DNA from: a virus
Taxonomy: Duplodnaviria; Caudoviricetes
Virus record (IMG/VR): IMGVR_UViG_3300037420_000640
Span: 1-27,087 of that record
Length of the DNA: 27,087 nucleotides
Strand: one strand, 5' to 3'
Below the pieces are notes generated by a model. That model did no database searches. It worked only from the letters and a program-made list of their open reading frames with translations, and was not told the origin of the DNA. Every line of letters starts with the position of its first letter. The stretch's first letter is position 1. Positions 18,101-24,783 of this stretch are shown in pieces. Position numbers and translations under genes: made by a program.

Positions 18101-18291
18101 CGGAAGACTATGAGGTTGACGTTTACAACGGGGCCACCTTGAAGCGGACGATAACGGTGAGCGGAACAAACCTGTTCACCTATACCTCGGCAATGGCGAC
18201 GGCGGACGGGATCACTCTACCCGCCCTGCCAACATTCAACGTCTATCAGATGAGCGACGTTGTCGGCCGAGGCTTTGCCCTAGCAGCATAA
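15136..18291 (+). CDS. Central tail tip / host-specificity protein (GTA g15 megatron-like)
   Basis: GPRL..L....A.YG.PIP..WG, PAYRG.AY..FE.L....FGNRIPN, LEPGDV, WE.IQF..A.L, L....RGRRGTE, R.TR.GG.W, PL.E..E.YEV motifs; TTG start with GGAGGT SD. Confidence 0.92.
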   Translation: MPIPKIVVTVALMAAQTALQMTQKIRGPRLDSLKTTTAEYGTPIPRFWGKRKFECPVIMAADLIETQHTSKGKAGKNTQYKYFADFAILICDHEIDAVTRIWMDEKLVYQTTDPGPTSVGAAAGLTVGGNMRIYLGTETQDPDPMIEAWCDDRYGPNSCPAYRGSAYIAFERLPVNNFGNRIPNITVEAVNNKSDIYPWEVDDSPSTLGSPSQFSPDGTRLYVISSDFQVWDVPNRTLLVYRVLPVGSGISYVYAITDSAIYGVNISGDTGVVLGLDGSVISVDSLDHVGWSGALLAGGSIWLIPGSFTGQYYGQWAGGPAVATYATNFWPTFYFNNTEGDAIALGWSPSTTYNLCVADVPGNATIIDTTAYTTSGVAYGFDNGTNYVVRQGDYLFLIDKTTHTIVSAVNEGDPAAYPNSTYPNIAPGATDFWEGPTHYNALDLSVIEDIDISLWPVTGVTEHTGQTYSSVLDALVSFANDPAIIWRYLHRIGSSGVTLKTIVDGVSGWAFPTGATMPDTTALTQVVQGYSVTQGAGKEMIGPLLDIHDVDCRPHDFGVQFVNRGGSPSGTILTEDFVRDGDNRYTVTIQQDTDLPRKLTFNYADVDHEQQANNAIAQRPFDAADTTREETVDLSTYADTADGAQQKADRYLRRVWNSRERIKNSLTAQKLALEPGDVTTLSLDGVLRNARLDKWTKAQSVLQCEFIRDEVSVAAVNSATTGADMQGNDVQTITVPTETRGFIIDAPLIQDADNDVNPIIYYAAGNYGTGTWLGATVNERDTGGDYSILFGSVDTTNGATWGFATSALGTANPNLWDRGNSFTANVYGTLTSHTEAEINADPSLNLIALGTDDRWEYIQFATATLTGTSGNANLYTLSGFKRGRRGTEGNVGNHTNGDSLVVLSNAIPSEIGTDAVGDSLSFKIQSLGRDVDAAPAIDLTYDGNTLKPYAPARLKTYYDGTDLQCTIYRRTRVGGAWNGGSTIPLSENAEDYEVDVYNGATLKRTITVSGTNLFTYTSAMATADGITLPALPTFNVYQMSDVVGRGFALAA

Positions 18292-18300
18292 GGAAACCGC

Positions 18301-19152
18301 ATGACGACTACGCCTCGCGGCTCGCCCGAGCTCGCGTCCGGACAGGCCGTGCCGGAAACGACCGTCAACGAGCAGATTCGGCGCACCGAAGGAGGCGCTG
18401 GCCGATATCCGATTGCCGATCGGGTGACGGCACCACCTGGGTCGTGCGCCGATGGTGCCCAATACATCATCATTGCCACCGCCACCGGGGCGTTCGCGGC
18501 CAAGGAAAACCAGATCGCACAGGCGGTCGGGACGAATGCGGCAAACGGGTGGAATTACCGGACCCTTGGAACGCTTGACGAGGGTATTCTTGCCTACGTT
18601 CAAGATGAGGATGCGGAGTATAAATGGAGCGGCGCGGCGTGGGCCGTTTACACAGGCGCTGGATATGGGCCGGGCGGAACCGACGTAGCTCTTGCCGATG
18701 GCGGAACAGGGGCATCGCTCAGCGATCCGAACGCAGACCGCATTCTTTTTTGGGACGATTCTGCCGGACAGGTCACATGGCTTAGCCCCGGCTCGAATAT
18801 CTCGATCACTGGAACGACCTTAGACGCCGCGGCGTCAGCCATAACCGCCAAAGACGAGGGCTCAACCCTCACCTCCGCCGTAACGTCACTTGATTTTACG
18901 GGCGGCGGCGTGACCGCCTCGAACGTCGGCGGCGCAGTCACAGTCAGCGTGCCGGGAAGCGGCGGCATTACCGTCAAGGACGAGGGTTCGACGCTCACAT
19001 CGTCGCTTAGCTCCATGGATTTTGTCGGTGCGGGAGTCACGGCGACGAACACCGGGGGAGCCGTCACCGTGACCATTTCAGGTGGCGGTGGGGGCGGATC
19101 AATCGACACCGGCAAGACCTTGGCGCTCAGCGCCGGCATTTTCAGCGCATGA
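18301..19152 (+). CDS. DUF2793-domain tail fibre/adaptor protein
   Basis: TTPR..P.LA.GQA....TVNE, APP....DG..YI....ATGA.A, G..AYV.DE motifs; C-terminal 42-aa tandem duplication. Confidence 0.85.
   Translation: MTTTPRGSPELASGQAVPETTVNEQIRRTEGGAGRYPIADRVTAPPGSCADGAQYIIIATATGAFAAKENQIAQAVGTNAANGWNYRTLGTLDEGILAYVQDEDAEYKWSGAAWAVYTGAGYGPGGTDVALADGGTGASLSDPNADRILFWDDSAGQVTWLSPGSNISITGTTLDAAASAITAKDEGSTLTSAVTSLDFTGGGVTASNVGGAVTVSVPGSGGITVKDEGSTLTSSLSSMDFVGAGVTATNTGGAVTVTISGGGGGGSIDTGKTLALSAGIFSA
18841..19092 (+). repeat. Two diverged 126-nt (42-aa) in-frame tandem repeats
   Basis: ITAKDEGSTLTSAVTSLDFTGGGVTASNVGGAVTVSVPGSGG and ITVKDEGSTLTSSLSSMDFVGAGVTATNTGGAVTVTISGGGG. Confidence 0.9.
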
Positions 19153-19159
19153 GGAACCT

Positions 19160-19594
19160 ATGACCGCCAACACGTCTCCAATTTTCACTCTCACCCCAGA
19201 CATATCGGCCAACAACGGTTCGACCGTTGGCGGCTCTATCACGGCGGCAATAGGCTCGTCCTATGACGGCACCCATGCAAACATGGTGCTTGAGCATACG
19301 GCCGGAGCCAATGGATCGTTCATAGGCCAGATTCGATGCAAGGCGCTTGGAACCAATGTCGCTACGGTGGCTCGCGTCTTTGCGAATAACGGATCGACCA
19401 ACGGCACGGCTGCGAACAATACGTTCATTGAGGAAATATCCCTTCCAGCAACGACGGCAAACAACACCGCCGCTACGGCAACGATCGTCATGCCCCTTAA
19501 TCTTCGGCTTCCCTCTGGCTGGAGGATTTATATCGGTCTCGGAACTGCCGTCTCGGCTGGCTGGAACTTTGTCTGCGAAGCTGGTCAATACTGA
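19160..19594 (+). CDS. Hypothetical tail-fibre-associated beta protein
   Basis: MTANTSPIF..P...L.LP.GW.I....G...Y; GAGGA SD; start moved to ATG 19160; TGATG coupling to the next gene. Confidence 0.75.
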   Translation: MTANTSPIFTLTPDISANNGSTVGGSITAAIGSSYDGTHANMVLEHTAGANGSFIGQIRCKALGTNVATVARVFANNGSTNGTAANNTFIEEISLPATTANNTAATATIVMPLNLRLPSGWRIYIGLGTAVSAGWNFVCEAGQY

Positions 19595-20535
19595 TGGACG
19601 GCATGTTTTCATGGCCGAAGGCCGGGCAGAACGATGTCCAGGTATTCGGCCCGAACTCTCCGACATCCACGGGGACCGAGGACGGTTGCGCTATCTGGCG
19701 CAAGAAACCAGGCGCTTCGATGGTGGCGATATTTGCTCTCGGCGGGGGAGGCGGCGGCGGCAACGGAACAGTGGGAGCAGTATCGAACGCTGGCGGTGGC
19801 GGTGGCGGCGGCGCAGGCGGTCAGGTCTATGTAGAAATGCCCGCGTTTCTTGTGCCCGATACCCTCTTTATCAACGTGGGCTTCGGCGGCACTGCGGGCA
19901 ACTCCGGAGGACGAAGCATTGTTCAGCTCGCGCCAGGCAATTATCCAGCCCAAAATGCGCTTCTTGTTGAATGCAAGGGCGGTAGTAGCGGTGGATCTGG
20001 CGCTGGCGGCGGGTCTGGTGGATCAGGCGGCGCGGTGGGAGCGATCGGCAATATGCCGATGGCCTGCGGAACCTTCGTCTCGTATGCTGGTCATGGTGCC
20101 AATTCGGCGCCGGGCCCCGGATCGCCGTCTAACACTAATTTGCCACTGACCGGGGTTCGGGCTTGCGCTGGCTGCCCTGGCGCCGGCCTCAACGGCTCGG
20201 GCGTGGCGGGTTCTGTGGGCGGCACATATGCCAATCCGGACAGCCGCGTCTTTCCATCGGTATCGGGCGGAAGCGCCGGATCGACAACCACAACTCCAGG
20301 AGGACAGGGAACCAACGGATTTCAAGTCCTGCAAGGTCAGTTCGGTTATTGGTATGGTGGGACAGGTGGAGGGTCGTCCCATGGCTCCGCGACTGGCGCA
20401 GGACTAGTCGGGGGCAACGGCGGCGATGGCGGTATTGGCAGCGGTGGCGGTGGCGGTGGCGGTGCCCTTACCGGCTCTACCCAGGGAATCGGGGGGCGTG
20501 GCGGCGACGGGATTGTTATTATTTGCCAGTGGTAG
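19594..20535 (+). CDS. Glycine-rich tail fibre / receptor-binding protein
   Basis: W.KKPG..MV.I...GGGGGGG.G N-terminus and GG.GGDGIVII.W C-terminus, typical of phage polyglycine-rich domains. Confidence 0.8.
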   Translation: MDGMFSWPKAGQNDVQVFGPNSPTSTGTEDGCAIWRKKPGASMVAIFALGGGGGGGNGTVGAVSNAGGGGGGGAGGQVYVEMPAFLVPDTLFINVGFGGTAGNSGGRSIVQLAPGNYPAQNALLVECKGGSSGGSGAGGGSGGSGGAVGAIGNMPMACGTFVSYAGHGANSAPGPGSPSNTNLPLTGVRACAGCPGAGLNGSGVAGSVGGTYANPDSRVFPSVSGGSAGSTTTTPGGQGTNGFQVLQGQFGYWYGGTGGGSSHGSATGAGLVGGNGGDGGIGSGGGGGGGALTGSTQGIGGRGGDGIVIICQW

Positions 20536-21546
20536 ATACTTCACCTGAACCCATAGCCCGACAAGAAGCAGCGGCGGCACTATCCGCGTCCCGAAAATGA
20601 CCAGCTCCGGTGAAAGGAAGGCGAGAGCTACAGCCGCTCTCTCCCATGCAAACATTCGCGACCAATGCGTGAAAATGATGACGCCGAAGCCAAGACATGC
20701 CACCGTCAAATCATAGTGGAAGCCATAGGGGACGATCAGGAACGTGGCGGTCGCCGCGGTCCACACGTTGAAGTTGCGGAACAGGAGAATGACCGCCGCC
20801 GTGGCGAATGCGAGCCAGCCGGTAACTCCATATCCGAGGATTGGACTTACGGCTGTCAAGTTCATCACGGGCATCGCGCCTGGTTTCAACAGACCGACCT
20901 GATACTCGAATGTGGTGGTCACGAACTCGCGCCAAACGGTCATGCCGAACAGGGCTGCGCTAAGGGCGATAAGCGCCAGCGCGGTTGCTATGGCAACAAT
21001 CAGGGCGCGCCGATCGCGCAGCATTTGAACAGCGATAAGTAACCCGAGATGGGGCTTGATTGTCATCAGCCCGGCTGAAACTCCGGAGCCTGAAAAGGCG
21101 AGAAACCACAGTCCTCCGATCAGCAGCCCATAGTGGCCGAACCAAAGGCAGGCGAGGGCAGCTGGCGTGAGCGCTGCGAGGATTGGCGGGAATCCTTCAG
21201 GCAAATGCTTTCTGGCCGCCAAAACGAAGAAGGCCGCAGTTGACAGATTCCACAGCCAGAACGCCGCTGGCTGCTGGAGCAGTGCGAACGGAATGGAGAA
21301 AAACAGAGCGTGGGGCGGGTAGCTGTAATTGTTGAGTGTCGTCATTCCGAGCATTGCATGAGACGCGTGCCGAAAGCGCTCCACGTCGAAAATGTCCGCC
21401 ACTCTTCCTTCAAGGACGAGGCGCCCCGCGACCCACAGGTTGGAAAAATCGCGATCGACTAACGAGTACGGCGCAGAGAACAGCAGCAGGACGGTGAACG
21501 CCGATCCCAGTGCCCACAACGCCACGATGCGACCCCACTGCGTCAC
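20404..21546 (-). CDS. Membrane glycosyltransferase, GT87/DUF2029-like (GT-C fold); moron
   Basis: Multiple TM segments; DF..LW.AGR, YSYPP.AL, IKPHLG and PY...YDL motifs. Confidence 0.88.
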   Translation of the reverse strand: MTQWGRIVALWALGSAFTVLLLFSAPYSLVDRDFSNLWVAGRLVLEGRVADIFDVERFRHASHAMLGMTTLNNYSYPPHALFFSIPFALLQQPAAFWLWNLSTAAFFVLAARKHLPEGFPPILAALTPAALACLWFGHYGLLIGGLWFLAFSGSGVSAGLMTIKPHLGLLIAVQMLRDRRALIVAIATALALIALSAALFGMTVWREFVTTTFEYQVGLLKPGAMPVMNLTAVSPILGYGVTGWLAFATAAVILLFRNFNVWTAATATFLIVPYGFHYDLTVACLGFGVIIFTHWSRMFAWERAAVALAFLSPELVIFGTRIVPPLLLVGLWVQVKYLPLANNNNPVAATPPDSLGRAGKGTATATATAANTAIAAVAPD

Positions 21547-21647
21547 ATGCCTGGCTGTGGGCCGATCAGGAAGCCGTAGAGAGCGGCGATAGCAGCGGCA
21601 ACGAACAGCGTAATTGTCTCGCGACGATTGAGCTTCAAGGCTGCCAC
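21543..21647 (-). CDS. Small single-TM peptide coupled to the GT87 gene (34 aa, not in the ORF track)
   Basis: MAALKLNRRETITLFVAAAIAALYGFLIGPQPGM; its TGA overlaps the GT87 GTG (GTGA). Start codon uncertain. Confidence 0.5.
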   Translation of the reverse strand: MAALKLNRRETITLFVAAAIAALYGFLIGPQPGM

Positions 21648-21727
21648 CTAACTACCGAGCGCCCCTTCAATAACGCAAATTAAACAAACAGCCAACCGGG
21701 GGAATTTGTCATGCGTGCGAGACTTTC

Positions 21728-21889
21728 GTGATCCTGCCGGAATCCCCCAAGGCTCTGGCCTTTGACGGAACGCTCGCCGCCTGGGCGATGTGGGTCATAA
21801 CCGTTGGCGCTCCAGCGATCGTGACGCTCTGCACGATTGTCCTGCTCGTCTTGAGGATCGTGATTGCGGTTCGGGAGCTGCGGAAGTGA
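21728..21889 (+). CDS. Small membrane protein, holin candidate (53 aa, not in the ORF track)
   Basis: MILPESPKALAFDGTLAAWAMWVITVGAPAIVTLCTIVLLVLRIVIAVRELRK: long hydrophobic stretch, basic C-terminus, upstream of the endolysin; GTGA overlaps at both ends. Confidence 0.6.
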   Translation: MILPESPKALAFDGTLAAWAMWVITVGAPAIVTLCTIVLLVLRIVIAVRELRK

Positions 21890-22005
21890 AGCCCATCGGC
21901 CCGCGCACAAAGGCAGCTTTGAAAGAGCTGATGCGATCATGGGACGATGCGCTCTCGGAGCCCGTCCCAGCGGACATGAAGGCGCTGCTCGCCAAACTGA
22001 AATGA
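21886..22005 (+). CDS. nepR: NepR-like anti-sigma factor mini-protein (39 aa)
   Basis: MKPIGPRTKAALKELMRSWDDALSEPVPADMKALLAKLK matches the NepR two-helix core L-x3-[YFW]-D-x3-x-E-P-[VI]-P-x2-[FM]-x2-LL-x2-L; GTG start with GGGAG upstream, overlapping the previous stop. Confidence 0.72.
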   Translation: MKPIGPRTKAALKELMRSWDDALSEPVPADMKALLAKLK

Positions 22006-22149
22006 TGGCGGCGTTCACGCATCAGCGCCGAGCGGGGGAACCTGAAGCGCTTAGCCTACTGACCGCCATCGATACACGCAACCGCATCTCATAACTACGG
22101 CCCACGAGGGTAAGCGAATGGGTTGCCCCGCTTAGCCCTCACGCGCCCG

Positions 22150-22174
22150 AACGCCTGTTTTTGCGAGGGGTTCC
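22150..22174 (-). promoter_or_regulatory. EcfG/sigmaT (general stress) type promoter
   Basis: Minus strand GGAAC-CCCTCGCAAAAACAGG(16 nt)-CGTT, an exact match to the alphaproteobacterial GSR consensus GGAAC-N16-CGTT. Confidence 0.55.
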
Positions 22175-22180
22175 AAGCCC

Positions 22181-22609
22181 ATGAAAATTAATGATCGCGG
22201 CCTCGCGCTGATAAAGCGCGCGGAGGGGCTTCGCCTCGACGCCTACCAAGACGGCGGTGGCGTGTGGACGATCGGCTACGGCTCAACCCGCGATATCCAC
22301 AAGGGTATGACGATCACGCCTGGCGAGGCCGAGCGGCGACTGCTGGAGGATCTGGAGCGCCACGACATTACGCCATACCTCGACGGATGCGCGACTAATC
22401 AGTGCCAGTTCGACGCGATGACGAGCCTGGCGTTCAACATCGGGCTCGACCGGTTCGGCGGCTCGACCGTCCTCAAGCGGCACAGGCTCGGCAACTACCC
22501 GCGCGCGGCCGACGCCTTCCTTCTCTGGAAATATGACAACGGCAAGGTTGTGCAGGGCCTGCTTAACCGCCGCGAGCAAGAGCGGCTTCTTTACCTCGGC
22601 GAACTGTGA
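22181..22609 (+). CDS. Endolysin, GH24 lysozyme
   Basis: E-x8-D-x5-T catalytic triad (AEGLRLDAYQDGGGVWTIGYG), QFDA..SLAFNIG, GL..RR..E; no SAR or signal segment. Confidence 0.97.
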   Translation: MKINDRGLALIKRAEGLRLDAYQDGGGVWTIGYGSTRDIHKGMTITPGEAERRLLEDLERHDITPYLDGCATNQCQFDAMTSLAFNIGLDRFGGSTVLKRHRLGNYPRAADAFLLWKYDNGKVVQGLLNRREQERLLYLGEL

Positions 22610-22623
22610 CCCTCGGAGGAAAC

Positions 22624-23907
22624 ATGAACTATCGCCTGCTTCTTATCGCGGCATCCGCGCTCGCGCTTATCGGATGCTCCGTGGCTGACGCCAAAACATG
22701 CCGTGACAGTCACGGGCGGTTCACCAAATGCCCTACGCCTACCCCGTCACCAACTCCCACGCCTACCCCGACGCCAACACCTACACCTACCCCTACTCCT
22801 ACCCCCTCACCAACGCCGATTAACCCATCCGGCGAAGCGACGATTGCCGACAATTTCAACACGGCGGCGGGGATCGAGCCGACATGGTACGGCCCGCTTG
22901 GTCGCGGCGGCATTGCTCCGGCGAGCGCTGATCCCGTTGGCGCATTCCGCCTCTTCTGCGGCGCCGGTCAGCTGCTCAAGGATGATCCGCTCGTTTATCC
23001 CGGCCAGCCCGGTGCATCACACTTGCATCAGTTCTTCGGCAACTTGGGCGCGAACGCGAGCTCCAATTATACTTCGCTCCGCACGAGCGGCGATTCGACG
23101 TGCGACATCGGCTCTGTCCCGAACAATCGCTCGGCCTACTGGATGCCGGCCATGATGGATGGGGCCGGAGGTGTCGTGAAGCCCAACTGGCTCAAGGTCT
23201 ATTACAAGCGCAACCCGAAGAGCGATCCGATGTGCAAGTCACCGGATCAGGGCGGCATCGGTATCTGCACCGATCTTCCCAACGGCATCCGCTACGTCTT
23301 CGGCTACAACATGAAGACGATGAGCGGAGGCCCCAACGACCTCAACAGTCAGGACAGCGGCGCGATCACGTTTCAATGCTGGTCGAACAACGAAGGCGCT
23401 CCCGCTGTCGCTGGATATTTCCACAATCTCCGCGATATCGTGGCGGCCGGCTGTCCCGCTGGTGCTCTGCTCATGATCGTTGCTGCGGCACCGATCTGTT
23501 GGGACGGCGTGAACGTCGATAGCGCTGACCACCGCAGTCATATGGCGATGGCGAATGGACCGATGTACCCGGGCCAGTTCTTCCGGGCGTGCCCGTCAAC
23601 GCATCCGTACCTGATCGATAGCCTTGAGGTTCAGGCCGCCTTCCGCACGGACGCCAATTTCGTCGCCGGGAAGTGGCATTTGTCGAGTGACGAGATGGTG
23701 CCCGGCGCCGTTCCAGGCTCGACTTGGCACATGGACTATTGGGAAGCATGGTCGCCCACCGTGAAGGCCACTTGGCATGCGACCTGTATCAACCAGAAGC
23801 TGAGCTGCTCGGGCGGCGACTTGGGCAACGGGACGCAGATGATCGGCGCCAACGGGCCGCCCTGGCCGCAGGACTTCCCCGATCACGTTGTGGTGGCCGC
23901 CCAATGA
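22624..23907 (+). CDS. Exported DUF1996-domain protein with Pro/Thr linker
   Basis: Signal peptide with possible lipobox (LIGC), CRDSHGRFTKC module, PT linker, then DDPLVYPGQPGASHLHQFFGN, STC...NRSAYW.P, P.CWDG.N.DS.DH.SH, CP.THP and H.DY...W motifs. ATG 22624 with GGAGG SD. Confidence 0.88.
   Translation: MNYRLLLIAASALALIGCSVADAKTCRDSHGRFTKCPTPTPSPTPTPTPTPTPTPTPTPTPSPTPINPSGEATIADNFNTAAGIEPTWYGPLGRGGIAPASADPVGAFRLFCGAGQLLKDDPLVYPGQPGASHLHQFFGNLGANASSNYTSLRTSGDSTCDIGSVPNNRSAYWMPAMMDGAGGVVKPNWLKVYYKRNPKSDPMCKSPDQGGIGICTDLPNGIRYVFGYNMKTMSGGPNDLNSQDSGAITFQCWSNNEGAPAVAGYFHNLRDIVAAGCPAGALLMIVAAAPICWDGVNVDSADHRSHMAMANGPMYPGQFFRACPSTHPYLIDSLEVQAAFRTDANFVAGKWHLSSDEMVPGAVPGSTWHMDYWEAWSPTVKATWHATCINQKLSCSGGDLGNGTQMIGANGPPWPQDFPDHVVVAAQ
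22732..22818 (+). repeat. Pro-Thr/Ser dipeptide repeat (29 codons)
   Basis: PTPTPS(PT)9PSPTP with varied third codon positions. Confidence 0.95.
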
Positions 23908-24083
23908 GCATCAAAACCGCTGCGTCTTATCTCGAAAGACGCCTTCTGGAACGCTCGTTCTGGCTCCAGTGCGGAGCGGCGATCATTCCCGCAGTGGCGC
24001 TGCCGATGCCGTGGCGTGTCATTTCCATCTGCATCGCGGTCATGGCCGCGCTCGTGCCTGACGGAGTGCTCGGGCAAAAGTAA
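23904..24083 (+). CDS. Small two-TM membrane protein, second holin/antiholin candidate (59 aa)
   Basis: MSIKTAASYLERRLLERSFWLQCGAAIIPAVALPMPWRVISICIAVMAALVPDGVLGQK; ATGA overlap with the DUF1996 gene. Confidence 0.65.
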   Translation: MSIKTAASYLERRLLERSFWLQCGAAIIPAVALPMPWRVISICIAVMAALVPDGVLGQK

Positions 24084-24097
24084 CGGGGGATCATCCA

Positions 24098-24667
24098 ATG
24101 CTCAAGGCGCTTGTTGGCGCATCGCTGATGCTCGTCCCTGTTCCCGCTATCCCGCAGACCGATCCAGCCGGCCCAGTTCCTAAGGTCATCTGCCGTCAGG
24201 ATCACGGTTATAGTGCGGGAACGGCCTTCCGTATTGGCCCGCACCTGCTCGTTTCGGTCAATCACGTTACCAGCGCTGGGCGCTGTGAAATTGACGGTCA
24301 GCCCATTTACGTTCTCTACGCCAGCCCGAAAGCCGATTTCTCCATTCTTTCCGACGATCGTTCCGGCAAGTGGCTGAAGGTCGATTGCCGGGGATACATC
24401 AAGGGCCACACTTACGTTGCCGTAGGCCATGCGCGGGCGATGGATGATCTGACGCTGGTGCCAATGGTTTCGACCGGACTGACCTATGGCAGTCTGTCTC
24501 TTCTCGCGGGCGTGTTCACGGCACAACCTGGTCAATCCGGTGGGCCAATTCTTGACGGCGAGACTGGCAGCGTGGTCGGCACGGTCAACACCGCCGAATG
24601 GTCGCGCGGCCTCACAGGAAGCATTGAGCTTCGTGGCACGAGCATTTGCGGAGGAAATGCCGCATGA
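24098..24667 (+). CDS. Exported trypsin-like serine protease
   Basis: Signal-like N-terminus; GTAF, VNHV (His), ADF (Asp), PGQSGGPI (Ser), G.VVG motifs. Confidence 0.9.
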   Translation: MLKALVGASLMLVPVPAIPQTDPAGPVPKVICRQDHGYSAGTAFRIGPHLLVSVNHVTSAGRCEIDGQPIYVLYASPKADFSILSDDRSGKWLKVDCRGYIKGHTYVAVGHARAMDDLTLVPMVSTGLTYGSLSLLAGVFTAQPGQSGGPILDGETGSVVGTVNTAEWSRGLTGSIELRGTSICGGNAA

Positions 24668-24783
24668 GCCTCTTCCATCCAGAAACCGCCGAGGACAAGA
24701 TGGCGTGGGTGCCGATTATCGGCTGCTTCATTCCGCTGGTGCTCGCCGTTGCCGCGATTGTCGCTGCGCTGGTGTGGCTATGA
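24664..24783 (+). CDS. Single-TM peptide (39 aa, not in the ORF track)
   Basis: MSLFHPETAEDKMAWVPIIGCFIPLVLAVAAIVAALVWL; ATGA overlaps at both ends; GGAGG upstream. Confidence 0.6.
   Translation: MSLFHPETAEDKMAWVPIIGCFIPLVLAVAAIVAALVWL

Noticed and set aside
18841-19092. Diversity-generating retroelement TR/VR pair
   Set aside because: Repeats are tandem and in frame, differences are not adenine-specific, and there is no reverse transcriptase.
19594-20535. Collagen-like or PE-PGRS protein
   Set aside because: No sustained G-X-Y periodicity or PE domain; fits a phage polyglycine fibre domain.
21790-21885. N-terminal 32 aa of the 71-aa ORF-track call
   Set aside because: This interval is better explained by the hydrophobic 53-aa ORF in another frame; the NepR-like part has its own GTG and SD at 21886.
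22732-22818. CRISPR-like array or contingency microsatellite
   Set aside because: Codon-degenerate PT linker with no spacers and no perfect nucleotide repeat tract. No CRISPR array was seen anywhere in the window.
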